DNA from: an uncultured bacterium
GTDB lineage: Bacteria; Patescibacteriota; Patescibacteriia; UBA9570; XYC2-FULL-38-9
DNA: 64,000 nucleotides
Direction of reading: 5' to 3'
NCBI GenBank assembly: GCA_937996685.1
Contig: CALKUP010000001.1
Coordinates: 117,571 to 181,570 of the forward strand
The translations under genes and the position numbers were made by a program. The notes beneath the pieces are model-generated. The model saw only the letters and a program-made list of their open reading frames with translations. It made no database searches and was not told where the DNA came from. Shown here one piece after another: positions 32,207-41,883 of this stretch (the stretch's first letter is position 1; each line of letters starts with the position of its first letter).

Positions 32207-32233
32207 TTAGCACTCTCATGTAGAGACTGCTAA
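32207..32233 (-). promoter_or_regulatory. CIRCE element (HrcA operator) upstream of groES-groEL.
   Basis: TTAGCACTC-N9-GACTGCTAA has one mismatch to the consensus TTAGCACTC-N9-GAGTGCTAA. It lies about 40 nt upstream of the groES start. Confidence 0.8.
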
Positions 32234-32251
32234 TACAGAATAGCGAAGATT

Positions 32252-33634
32252 TTAGGCTTCGTCAACAGCAAGAAAACTGAATGCAATACACAGCCAGACA
32301 AGGAGAATGCCAGGGTGGAGTGACCATAAAAAGTGGTCAAAGAGGCTTGAAATGACAAGAATACTCAACATGCCAGTGCTAGCGTAGAGGGCTGCTTCAG
32401 AGCGAGAGTGTTTCGCAGTGGCGCGGTATTGAGATGCAATCGTCCAGGCGAGCGTTGTAGCAAAAAGCGTGGCAGCGAACATGCCGAAGATTCCAGTTTC
32501 TTGAAAAATCAATAACCAGACATTGTGCACAGGCTCGCGGGTGATGGTTGTGCTGTTTCCGATGCCAATGCCGGTGAGGTAATGTGTTTGGATTGTGTCG
32601 AGTGCGACGCTTGTGTTGGTGTAGCGCTCGGCGACAGATTTACGCTCTAAGCGCGCGCTGTCCACTGTGTTGTTTGTGTCCGCGATCGCCGCTACATTAC
32701 TGATGCCATCGATACGTGGCGACACATACCACGGGCACGCAGCTGTGAGGATCACAAATGGCAATGCAATGCTCGCGGCTGCAATGATGAGCGCGCTGTG
32801 TGGTCTGCGATATTCCAACGCGTGCCATAGCGCAAGACTGATTCCGACAATGCCGAGCGCAATGATACTGGAGCGTGAAGCGGCGACCCAGAGTCCGGCT
32901 GATTGAATTGCAATAATTGTTCCGAGACCGATAACGCCCAATAGCCAGAGACGACGATTGCGTGCGGGAGTGTCGATGTGCGTGTGTAAAAGCGCGGTGG
33001 CAAGTGTGATGCCGAGACTCAAATACAGCGCAAAGATATTTGGATGCGGGAAGCTGCCGTATGCTCGCAAGACACGACCAAAGGGGAGTGTGTCAATAAC
33101 TTGCGTGCCTGGAATTTCTGGTAGTTGCTGCGCAATTCCAAGGTAGGTGCTTGGTGGGATGATTTGTAGTTTCCATTGAATAAGGCCGAGGAGTGCTTGA
33201 ATAGTCATTGCGGAAACAAACGCCCAAGCAGCCCGTTTCCAGGAAACTTCTTTCCAAATAAGTATCCAACAAAACACCATACCAAAGCCGAGATTACCAA
33301 GCCACCAGCCGCTCATTGATTTATCAAGAGCAAAGAAAAAAGAGAGATAGCAGGCGAGCCAGAATGTAATTGTTGAAAGAAACAGTGTTTGATATTTGCG
33401 AAAACGAGCCTGGTTTTGAGCGTTCCAGGTCAGAAGGCCAATAATACAGGCAGCAATGATAACAATGTCGACGCCGTAGATGCTGCGACTGCCATATTCA
33501 TACGGATAGCCGGTAAGGGTTTCGGCGTGAAAAATCCAGCGGGTTTGCCACGGTAATAAAAAAATCGCGAGCAGTAATAAGAGCTCAGCGCAATGCCTCC
33601 AAAAAAGCTTGATGAATTTCCCGGCGTGTATCAT
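32252..33634 (-). CDS. Polytopic membrane protein, O-antigen ligase/polymerase-like.
   Basis: 460 aa with at least 10 predicted TM segments and a large loop near the C-terminal third. The assignment rests on architecture only. Confidence 0.35.
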   Translation of the reverse strand: MIHAGKFIKLFWRHCAELLLLLAIFLLPWQTRWIFHAETLTGYPYEYGSRSIYGVDIVIIAACIIGLLTWNAQNQARFRKYQTLFLSTITFWLACYLSFFFALDKSMSGWWLGNLGFGMVFCWILIWKEVSWKRAAWAFVSAMTIQALLGLIQWKLQIIPPSTYLGIAQQLPEIPGTQVIDTLPFGRVLRAYGSFPHPNIFALYLSLGITLATALLHTHIDTPARNRRLWLLGVIGLGTIIAIQSAGLWVAASRSSIIALGIVGISLALWHALEYRRPHSALIIAAASIALPFVILTAACPWYVSPRIDGISNVAAIADTNNTVDSARLERKSVAERYTNTSVALDTIQTHYLTGIGIGNSTTITREPVHNVWLLIFQETGIFGMFAATLFATTLAWTIASQYRATAKHSRSEAALYASTGMLSILVISSLFDHFLWSLHPGILLVWLCIAFSFLAVDEA

Positions 33635-34526
33635 GTGTGTGAAATTTTAGCACAGAGTCCTCGAGTCGAACACGGCTGTCTTGGCCAGCGAGACGCTTTA
33701 ATACATCGGGCATAATACGCTGCTGCACCTTTTTGAATGTGTGCTCAAATGGAGAGGTCAGCCGTTCAAGTGTTGTTTGTATTCCGCGGTGCCATGGTTT
33801 CCAGGAGAGAGTCCGGTGTGAGACAGGGAGTGTCCATTGCAGGTCTGCGAAGGTGTGTGCGAGCCATGTGTTTTCGCTGCGAAATCGCTCATACAGCGCG
33901 TCTCGATCAAGTACCGGATAAAATTGCGTACACCAAAAATCAAAATGAATGTCACCGTCCGCATGGCGTGAGTCTTCTAAATTCAGATGATTGTCAGCGA
34001 TGTACATTGATAAACAAATGGCTTTTGCTGGATGTTGCTCGCCTGGGCGTTGCTTCAATAGTTTCATGATGCCTGCTGTGAATAAACGAGCAGTCCAAAT
34101 GTGACCCGCTTTTGCGATAATCACAATGTCGATATCACTCAACCGACGTGCATTGTTCCAGCCCATTGAATTACACAACCAAACACCGCGAACAAACGGC
34201 ATGACAGACAGCAGGCGTAATAGCGGTTTCGCGTATTGCCACTTTGTTTCGGTGAAATTGTATTTTTCATTACGTTGCTGCGCGAGCCCTTTGCGGCCAT
34301 GCAAGACATATACGCCATCAACGTGCGTCAGCCGCGGATCAGCGTCGAGGAGTTGTTGAATTTCTGACAGTCGTGGCATTGCGGAAAATTGACGTGGTCG
34401 CAATAACCATTTTTGGACATCAATCAGACTTGGGGCAAAGTCAAACATATTGCAATAGACGACTGTTGCGTATACCGCGTCAGCCCAGTGTTCAATCGGC
34501 AATGTGTGTGACGTGCCTGTTGTCAT
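33585..34526 (-). CDS. Hypothetical protein with a possible nucleotidyltransferase-fold motif.
   Basis: 313 aa. SMGWNNARRLSDIDIVII fits the hG[GS]-x9-13-Dh[DE]h pattern of the Pol-beta NTase superfamily. It overlaps the downstream gene by 50 nt. Confidence 0.35.
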   Translation of the reverse strand: MTTGTSHTLPIEHWADAVYATVVYCNMFDFAPSLIDVQKWLLRPRQFSAMPRLSEIQQLLDADPRLTHVDGVYVLHGRKGLAQQRNEKYNFTETKWQYAKPLLRLLSVMPFVRGVWLCNSMGWNNARRLSDIDIVIIAKAGHIWTARLFTAGIMKLLKQRPGEQHPAKAICLSMYIADNHLNLEDSRHADGDIHFDFWCTQFYPVLDRDALYERFRSENTWLAHTFADLQWTLPVSHRTLSWKPWHRGIQTTLERLTSPFEHTFKKVQQRIMPDVLKRLAGQDSRVRLEDSVLKFHTHDTRREIHQAFLEALR

Positions 34527-34528
34527 TG

Positions 34529-37366
34529 TTATTTCAGTAGTTTTCCAAGGTATTTGCCGGTGTAACTGCCGGCTGTTTTCGCAACTGTTTCTGGTGTGCC
34601 GGTCGCGATAATCTGCCCACCTTTATTGCCACCTTCAGGGCCGAGATCGATGATCCAGTCCGCGCATTTAATGACATCGAGATTATGTTCAATGACAAGA
34701 ATGGAATTGCCGCGATCAACCAATTCTTGCAAGACAGAGAGTAATCGTTTCACGTCCGCAAAATGCAGACCAGTAGTTGGTTCATCCAGAATGTACAGCG
34801 TTTTGCCAGTGCCTTTGCGCGCGAGTTCAGTTGCAAGTTTGACGCGTTGCGCTTCACCGCCAGAGAGGGTTGTGGCGTTTTGTCCAAGTTGGACATAGGA
34901 CAAGCCGACGGAGTTGAGGGTTTCCAGTTTTTTCGCAATCGCTGGAATGTTCGCGAAAAATTTTGCCGCTTCTTCAATAGTCATCTGCAAGACATCCGCA
35001 ATCGTTTTTTGTTTGTAGAAGATTTCTAAGGCTTGTTTGTTGTAGCGTTTGCCGTGACATTCATCACATTCAACGTAGACATCTGGCAAGAAATGCATTT
35101 CGATTTTAATGACGCCGTCACCTTGGCATTGTTCACAACGACCACCTTTGACATTGAATGAAAATCGACCAGCTTTGTAACCGCGCATTTTACTTTCTGG
35201 GAGTTCCGCAAACAGGTCACGGATTAATGTAAAGACTCCAGTGTATGTCGCAGGGTTACTGCGTGGTGTGCGGCCAATCGGGGATTGATCAATCGTGATC
35301 ACTTTGTCGATATTCTCAAGTCCAGTGATTTCTTTATGTTTTCCAGGCAAATCTTTTGAATTGAAAAAATGTTGATTCAAGGCTTTGCCGAGAATGTCTG
35401 TAACCAATGTCGATTTTCCAGATCCTGAAACGCCAGTGACTGCCGTGAACATGCCGAGAGGAATGTGCATGTCGACATTTGTGAGGTTGTTTTCTTCAGC
35501 ACCGAGAATGGCGATTTCTTTGCCATTGCCTTTACGGCGTTTTTTTGGAACTGCCACCATTTCTTTGCCGGATAAAAATTTCCCAGTAATTGATTTTGGA
35601 TTTTTTGCAACTTGTGCTGGTGTGCCACTGGCGATAACAGCGCCGCCGTGTTTTCCGGCGCCCGGTCCAATGTCGATGACGTAATCAGATGCACGAATGG
35701 TGTCTTCATCATGCTCGACGACGATGACGGTATTTCCTAAATCACGCAATGATTTCAAGGTTTCAATCAAGCGGTCGTTATCTCGTTGATGCAAGCCGAT
35801 ACTTGGTTCGTCTAAAATATAGAGCACGCCAACCAGTGAGCTACCGATTTGTGTTGCGAGGCGAATCCGTTGTGCTTCACCGCCAGAGAGCGTGGATGCA
35901 GTACGGTTGAGGGTTAAATAGGACAGTCCGACGTTATTCAAAAACGTGAGGCGTTCTGTAATTTCTTTGAAAATTTGTTTTGCAATTTGCTCGTCTTTTT
36001 TGGAGAGGGGAAGTGAGGTGAAAAATTCGAGTGCTTCTTCAATAGTAAATGCGGTGCATTGTGCAATATTGAGATTCTCAACAGTGACGCTCAGTGCTTC
36101 ATTATTTAAGCGACGACCTTCACAAGACGGGCAGGGGAAAATCCGCATATAGCGTTCAATTTCTGAGCGCATGTAATCACTTTCGGTTTCTTTGTAGCGA
36201 CGTTCCAGGTTTGGAATCACGCCTTCGTAGGTTGTTAAAAATTCGCGCACTTTTCCGTTGCCTTCGCCAGCGTTGACGTCATATGACGTGTTGCCGCTGC
36301 CATTCAAAATCAAATCCAATTGTTTTTTGGTCAGGTCTTTCACAGGAGTGAGTGTTGAAAAACCGTGGTGCAGTGCGACTGCTTCCAAAATACGCATCAT
36401 CCACGTTTGTGAACCAGCGGCTCGGTTCCATGGGCGAATTGCACCTTCTGCAATACTGAGGCGTTTATTTGGAATAATCAGGTCAGCGTCTACTTCGAGT
36501 TTTGTGCCAAGACCAGTACATGCAACACAGGCGCCATGTGGTGAGTTGAATGAAAAATTACGTGGTTCAATTTCCTGTAATGAAATGCCGCAATCATGAC
36601 ACGCGAATTGTTCGGAAAAAATTACATCTTCTTGCGTTGTCATGTTTTGCACCATCAGCAATCCATCGCCGAGGTTCAACGCGGTTTCCATTGATTCTGC
36701 AAGGCGTTGTTTGTCGATGGTTTTTTCAACAACTAAGCGATCGATAATAATATCAATGGTGTGTTTCTTTTGTTTATCAAGATCGAGGTCGAGCGCTTCA
36801 TCAACAGTATATTGAATGCCGTCGATCCGTAAACGGGCATACCCAGACTTGCGAGCTTGTTCAAAGACGGCACGGTGTTCACCTTTTTTGTCGCGAATAA
36901 TTGGCCCAAGAATCAAAATTTTTGTGCCGCCCGGCATTCCAAGAACTTGCTTCACCATTTGTTGGACTGTTTGCTTTGAAACGATTTTGCCACAATTCGG
37001 ACAATGTGGTGTTCCGATGCGGGCGTATAATAAACGTAAATAGTCGTAAATTTCAGTGACGGTTCCGACAGTGGAGCGTGGGTTGTGAGATGCAGTTTTT
37101 TGGTCAATGGAAATTGCAGGGGAGAGGCCATCGATTTGATCAACGTCCGGTTTGTCCATGAGTCCAAGAAATTGACGAGCATAGGCAGAGAGACTTTCAA
37201 CATAGCGGCGTTGTCCTTCGGCGTAGATGGTGTCAAAGGCGAGTGATGATTTTCCAGAGCCAGAGAGGCCGGTCAGAACAACAAGGGAATCACGAGGAAT
37301 ATCAACGTCAATATTTTTCAGATTGTGAACGCGTGCGCCGCGGATTTTGATCATTTCTTGAGCCAT
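34529..37366 (-). CDS. uvrA: Excinuclease ABC subunit A.
   Basis: 945 aa. Two ABC modules ([12 protein letters not shown] and [11 protein letters not shown]), zinc-finger cysteines and the [12 protein letters not shown] signatures are present. Confidence 0.96.
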   Translation of the reverse strand: MAQEMIKIRGARVHNLKNIDVDIPRDSLVVLTGLSGSGKSSLAFDTIYAEGQRRYVESLSAYARQFLGLMDKPDVDQIDGLSPAISIDQKTASHNPRSTVGTVTEIYDYLRLLYARIGTPHCPNCGKIVSKQTVQQMVKQVLGMPGGTKILILGPIIRDKKGEHRAVFEQARKSGYARLRIDGIQYTVDEALDLDLDKQKKHTIDIIIDRLVVEKTIDKQRLAESMETALNLGDGLLMVQNMTTQEDVIFSEQFACHDCGISLQEIEPRNFSFNSPHGACVACTGLGTKLEVDADLIIPNKRLSIAEGAIRPWNRAAGSQTWMMRILEAVALHHGFSTLTPVKDLTKKQLDLILNGSGNTSYDVNAGEGNGKVREFLTTYEGVIPNLERRYKETESDYMRSEIERYMRIFPCPSCEGRRLNNEALSVTVENLNIAQCTAFTIEEALEFFTSLPLSKKDEQIAKQIFKEITERLTFLNNVGLSYLTLNRTASTLSGGEAQRIRLATQIGSSLVGVLYILDEPSIGLHQRDNDRLIETLKSLRDLGNTVIVVEHDEDTIRASDYVIDIGPGAGKHGGAVIASGTPAQVAKNPKSITGKFLSGKEMVAVPKKRRKGNGKEIAILGAEENNLTNVDMHIPLGMFTAVTGVSGSGKSTLVTDILGKALNQHFFNSKDLPGKHKEITGLENIDKVITIDQSPIGRTPRSNPATYTGVFTLIRDLFAELPESKMRGYKAGRFSFNVKGGRCEQCQGDGVIKIEMHFLPDVYVECDECHGKRYNKQALEIFYKQKTIADVLQMTIEEAAKFFANIPAIAKKLETLNSVGLSYVQLGQNATTLSGGEAQRVKLATELARKGTGKTLYILDEPTTGLHFADVKRLLSVLQELVDRGNSILVIEHNLDVIKCADWIIDLGPEGGNKGGQIIATGTPETVAKTAGSYTGKYLGKLLK

Positions 37367-37599
37367 AAAACGTGGTGGTAGTCAGTTGTATATAAGGATA
37401 GATTTTTTGAAATAGTGCCTTAGTATAGTCCGATTTTTGTGATTGGTCAACTCTTTCTGGTTCAAGGAATAATTATTGACAGATAGGGTAAAAAATCAAC
37501 AAAGACGTATTTTTCAGATCCCATCGTTTCCTGTTATTGCACGCCTTGATTGCGCCTGCCAACACACAATACCTGTGTGTTTGTTCCTTGGAGTTCATC

Positions 37600-38184
37600 A
37601 TGATCCGTTTTGTTTCCGTAGCGCTGTTTTTCTGGCTCACCCTCTACAGCGCCTCTCCTGCGTGGGCTGGCGGTGGGTGGGGTATTCCAGTGAACCCGGA
37701 ACTCTGCGCTGAAGACGGCACGCCGATGGATGCTGATGGCGACGGCATCTTCACCCACATTGAAGACAACGACGGTGATGGCGTCTCGGTCTGCTACGAA
37801 GGCAACCACCTTGTGTGGGATCAGCCGGGTTGGGTGCAGTTCATGACCGCGAACTTCACGCGGATTCAGAACAAGCCGGGTGACCTTCAGTTGTACATGC
37901 TGCAGCACATGTACACGCCCTACCTCCTGGACTGGGTATATTTCTTCCAGGAGATGACAACGGTCCGGACTCCTGGAGGCGGTCTCGGTTATTCGTTTGC
38001 CGATGTCGAAGGAGATTGTGACGACAACGATCCGAACCGCTTTCCCGGCAACTGGGAGGTGATGTTCGACGGCGTCGACGCTGACTGCAACCCGATGAAC
38101 GAGGTCTGCATTCCTGCGATTGTTCCACCTGGTTGGCCGGGGTACGCCTGGGCTGTTGGGATGAAGTATTGGGACTGTCCGTGA
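37600..38184 (+). CDS. Secreted protein with a MopE-like putative metal-binding Cys/Asp motif (GC-rich island E). It is a paralog of 40661..41188.
   Basis: GGAG lies 6 nt before the ATG. The signal peptide is MIRFVSVALFFWLTLYSASPAWA. The motif GDCDDNDPNRFPGNWEVMFDGVDADCN resembles the myxobacterial MopE-type metal-binding repeat. DxDGDG stretches are present. The gene is GC-rich. Confidence 0.5.
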   Translation: MIRFVSVALFFWLTLYSASPAWAGGGWGIPVNPELCAEDGTPMDADGDGIFTHIEDNDGDGVSVCYEGNHLVWDQPGWVQFMTANFTRIQNKPGDLQLYMLQHMYTPYLLDWVYFFQEMTTVRTPGGGLGYSFADVEGDCDDNDPNRFPGNWEVMFDGVDADCNPMNEVCIPAIVPPGWPGYAWAVGMKYWDCP

Positions 38185-38302
38185 AATCTTTGTAGACCTT
38201 CAATGGTCGCTTGTGAGCGCTGCGCATTGTTTCACATTGCCACGCTCACATCTTTCTTTAGTATATTACGTTTATTATATACCATGACGTATATCTGTAT
38301 CC

Positions 38303-38878
38303 ATGTCGTTTACAGAATATGTCAGATCTGATACACACACCCTCATGTCAACAGCGCTATTACTCACATTATTTGAACAAGAATATGAATCTGTGTATCG
38401 ATTCATCTATTTTCGCGTGTCTCACAAAGAAACCGCAGAAGATCTTGTTTCAGTGATTTTTGAAAAAGCCGTAAAACATATTGATCGTTTTTCGAAGCAG
38501 GAAGGAGCAACGCCGCGTTCATGGCTCTTTACCATTGCTCGCAACACGCTGATTGATCATTACCGTTCGCAAAAATATATTGAACCACTGGATGATCACA
38601 CGGATCTCACAGACGAATCGCATGATGCGCTATTGTCTGACATCGATACGCAGATTGTTATGGAGAAAGTCTTTGAAGTTATTCCGCAATTATCACCGCG
38701 TGGACAAGAGTTGATTTTATTACGGTTCCAAGCTGATTTTTCCAATAAAGAAATTAGTCAGATTACCGGCCTCCATGAAAAAGTTGTCGCATCTGGAATC
38801 AGCAAGGCCATCCGTCGATTACAACAACTCATTATAGAATCCAAACAACAACCATCCATTGAAGAATCTCTTTTATGA
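38303..38878 (+). CDS. ECF-type sigma-70 family RNA polymerase sigma factor (copy 1).
   Basis: Region 2 is LVSVIFEKAVKHIDRFSKQEGATPRSWLFTIARNTLIDHYR. Region 4 is LILLRFQADFSNKEISQITGLHEKVVASGISKAIRRL. 191 aa. Confidence 0.8.
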   Translation: MSFTEYVRSDTHTLMSTALLLTLFEQEYESVYRFIYFRVSHKETAEDLVSVIFEKAVKHIDRFSKQEGATPRSWLFTIARNTLIDHYRSQKYIEPLDDHTDLTDESHDALLSDIDTQIVMEKVFEVIPQLSPRGQELILLRFQADFSNKEISQITGLHEKVVASGISKAIRRLQQLIIESKQQPSIEESLL

Positions 38879-40506
38879 AACCGATTACACCCCAACATTC
38901 ATCATTCGAAGAGCAGCTCACTCGTGCATTCCATGAGCAGAGTGTTCCTGAGCACAAAGCACATCGTCGTGCGGTGTTTCAGCGCTTGCAAGAAGCAGTT
39001 GCTGTTGAACACATATCGTACTCAGAGCGATTCCGTCACTGGGTGCGTCGTCGGTTTTTATGGGTGTCTGTATCCGCTTCAACGCTTGCGCTGGCTGGTA
39101 TTCTCGTTGTGTTTTTCGGCGCACCGGTTGCTGAGCAGTACATTGCTCAGCGCCAAGGAAATACAAATTCAATTTTAGACGCGCTGGCACCTCAAGAATT
39201 ACTTGCGGAGTCAATTCAAAATACATTTGCTGCAAACGATGGCATTCGTCATGTAATGTTTCATACGGTTCGTGAAGATGTGAACACTGACAAGACAACA
39301 TCAGAAGCAAAAGAAGTGACAGCGCGCACTGATCAGGAATATTATATTGCGCCAGATGCGTTTACTGGTTTTTTGCATAAAACAGGACCAAGCGTGCAAC
39401 AAGAGAAGAGTTATCGAATGACAAAGCTAAGCGCTGATACACAATCGATTGAAAATTGTGTCATCAACATCAATATGAAAAATGCTCAGTCAATAAAAAG
39501 TGCCAATGCAGAGTTATCTGGTGAGAATGTATGTGGGTTAATGGGGATTGAAGACTATGCAGGTTTTGCAGAAACACAACCAGCGCTTGATATCCAAGAT
39601 CTTTCATACAATACAGACCTTGATAGCGAGCAGATGTCATTTACAACCGCAGAGCCAATTGATCCTAAACAACTTGGTATTTTGATTGCGGAACCGTCTT
39701 TTGTGAAATATATTTCAGAGTTTATTGATGCACAAAATAATATTGCCTTTGCTCCAATTGCATTGTCTCCACTCGGGAATGTATCTGGAGCAATTGCCGA
39801 CCCTGAATGGAATGTGCCGGTGAATGGTCGATACAAACAATCCTTCGTGTATATGTTAGATGGGCGCTATGCACATGACACCTTAACAGAAGCAACGCAA
39901 ACGCCGGTCCGCATTTTTTCTGAAGTGCAATTACAATTTGTGCAGCTCAACACAGCACTTCTTGAAGCAACGACGCTTCAAGAAAACGGCTATGATCCAA
40001 AATTATTTTCAGCTGCATCTCAAGTGTTTCAAATCAAGTTTTCTGATGAATGGAAACTTGAGAGCGTGAATGCGCTCACGCAAACACCTGAGGACATTGC
40101 GCAGTTTAACGCACGTCGGTTGGCAACACGTAAAGAAATTTTTACAAACAATTCAGGTGAAACATTTTTTAACTACATTGCAGGAGGGTCGGCAGTGTTT
40201 GCGCAACTCCATGATGTGAAGCCTCGGGTAGAGGGGAATGAGTATGTGTATAGTGTCCAGCAGGAGTGGAATCCAGATAATCCTGATATGCATATGATTG
40301 GAACAACAGAGGTGCGTGTTGATAGTCAGACTCAGCTGTTAACGGCAATTATTGAGCGGTATGACTACCCAGAAACACAGCAAGCAACGGTCTACACAAC
40401 AACCTTCGATGCACTGAAAACAACCACAGATAATACAGACACGTTTTTTTCTGAGAAGGCATGGAAAGAGCGCGCCAAGGAGATTATAAATGACTCACGG
40501 TACTAG
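38875..40506 (+). CDS. Anti-sigma-factor-like single-pass membrane protein (copy 1).
   Basis: Its start overlaps the sigma gene's stop by 4 nt (ATGA). It has an N-terminal cytoplasmic segment, one TM helix (LWVSVSASTLALAGILVVFFGAPV) and an extracytoplasmic domain of about 450 aa. It is paralogous to 41884..43527. Confidence 0.5.
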   Translation: MKPITPQHSSFEEQLTRAFHEQSVPEHKAHRRAVFQRLQEAVAVEHISYSERFRHWVRRRFLWVSVSASTLALAGILVVFFGAPVAEQYIAQRQGNTNSILDALAPQELLAESIQNTFAANDGIRHVMFHTVREDVNTDKTTSEAKEVTARTDQEYYIAPDAFTGFLHKTGPSVQQEKSYRMTKLSADTQSIENCVININMKNAQSIKSANAELSGENVCGLMGIEDYAGFAETQPALDIQDLSYNTDLDSEQMSFTTAEPIDPKQLGILIAEPSFVKYISEFIDAQNNIAFAPIALSPLGNVSGAIADPEWNVPVNGRYKQSFVYMLDGRYAHDTLTEATQTPVRIFSEVQLQFVQLNTALLEATTLQENGYDPKLFSAASQVFQIKFSDEWKLESVNALTQTPEDIAQFNARRLATRKEIFTNNSGETFFNYIAGGSAVFAQLHDVKPRVEGNEYVYSVQQEWNPDNPDMHMIGTTEVRVDSQTQLLTAIIERYDYPETQQATVYTTTFDALKTTTDNTDTFFSEKAWKERAKEIINDSRY

Positions 40507-40660
40507 AATTGATAAAAAAGCCCTGAAATATGGGCTTTTTTGGTATTCATACGTACTTTTGCATATCCATCGTTGTAGTGTATGCAGTCGTGATTCGGCG
40601 ATTGTGTACCTTGAGATCACCTTTCAGCGACCAAGATCGCTCATTGCAACTGGAGTTCTC

Positions 40661-41188
40661 ATGCTTCCCATGTTTTTGGCATTCCTCGCAAACCACACCG
40701 ACCCGCAGATTTTCCAGGTGGTAGGCGACGCGCTTGTCACCGCTCCTTCGGATGGCTGCCTCATTGAGCAAAATGTCTGGGTCGACCTCGACGGCGACTT
40801 CCACTTCCAGCATTGGGAGGATCGGGACCTCGACGGCTACGGAAACTGCTACGACGAGCAGGGCCGAGTTGCCTGGATGTTTCCGGGTCTCGCTCGTGAG
40901 TTCACCGTGAATTTCGGTGACTACATGAACCACGCTGCGCAGGCACGTGCGCATTGGCCGTTGGGTCTCGCGATGCTCCCGATGAATGCTCCGGAGCAGT
41001 TCAATCTGCCCTGGACCATGCCGGGTTGGAGCTTCTGGTTTGATCCGATCACGCATCGGCAATACTTGAACTTCCAGGAAGCGATGGCGGGAGATTGTGA
41101 TGACAGCGATCCGAATCGATTCCCGTATAACCAGGCTGACGTGCCGGGTGACGGGTTCGACGAGAACTGCAGCCCCTTCGATGAGTAA
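40661..41188 (+). CDS. Secreted MopE-like metal-motif protein (GC-rich island F). It is a paralog of 37600..38184.
   Basis: GGAG lies 5 nt before the ATG. The ORF-track start at 40490 is AT-rich sequence overlapping the upstream gene, and GC-rich coding begins near 40660. The motif is GDCDDSDPNRFPYNQADVPGDGFDENCSP. Its architecture is similar to 37600. Confidence 0.5.
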   Translation: MLPMFLAFLANHTDPQIFQVVGDALVTAPSDGCLIEQNVWVDLDGDFHFQHWEDRDLDGYGNCYDEQGRVAWMFPGLAREFTVNFGDYMNHAAQARAHWPLGLAMLPMNAPEQFNLPWTMPGWSFWFDPITHRQYLNFQEAMAGDCDDSDPNRFPYNQADVPGDGFDENCSPFDE

Positions 41189-41367
41189 AAAGCCTCTCAT
41201 GTGAGAGGTCAGAGTGACACGCTCTGTGATCCGTGCCCTGTTGCGCTTTGCTATCAATAGTTGAGCGCAGCAGATTTTCTTAGTACAAATCCGCGTTCAT
41301 GTTTTTAGAATGCATATTGTACACACCATACTCTGCAGAGTATACTTCACATAATTAACCTATCAGC

Positions 41368-41877
41368 ATGACGCTTGAACAAATCGCCGCGCTATTCGAC
41401 ACGTATCACAAACCGATTTATCGTTTTGTGTATTTACGTGTGAATCACATGGAAACAACCGAAGATTTGGTCTCTGCGATTTTTGAAAAAGTCGTTCGGC
41501 ATTATGATGCGCTTGCGCCAAAAAATGACGAGCTCGCATTTCGCAAATGGATTTACACCATTGCACGCAATACAGTGATCGACTACTATCGCACACAAAA
41601 GCAGACAGACGATATCGCGGATTATGATGTCGTTGACACGGCGCAGATGCCAGACATTGCACTCGACACCGCGATGAATCTGGAAATGCTGCAAAGCCAT
41701 CTTGGGGCTCTGACTGACCGACAACGTGAAGTGCTCTTGTTGCGATACCAGTCCGATTTTTCAAATGTGGAAATTGCGGAGATGCTCGACATTGATCAAA
41801 AAACAGTCAGCAGTATCTTGAGTCAAGCGATCAAACGTTTAAAAAACAGTGTTCAATCCGTTCAATCAATTGTGTAA
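41368..41877 (+). CDS. ECF-type sigma-70 family sigma factor (copy 2).
   Basis: Region 2 is LVSAIFEKVVRHYDALAPKNDELAFRKWIYTIARNTVIDYYR. Region 4 is VLLLRYQSDFSNVEIAEMLDIDQKTVSSILSQAIKRL. 169 aa. Confidence 0.8.
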   Translation: MTLEQIAALFDTYHKPIYRFVYLRVNHMETTEDLVSAIFEKVVRHYDALAPKNDELAFRKWIYTIARNTVIDYYRTQKQTDDIADYDVVDTAQMPDIALDTAMNLEMLQSHLGALTDRQREVLLLRYQSDFSNVEIAEMLDIDQKTVSSILSQAIKRLKNSVQSVQSIV

Positions 41878-41883
41878 TTTTTT

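Noticed and set aside
40490-40660. ORF-track start at 40490 for the second MopE-like gene.
   Set aside because: The upstream 170 nt are AT-rich and overlap the anti-sigma gene's 3' end. GC-rich coding and a GGAG-ATG begin at 40661.
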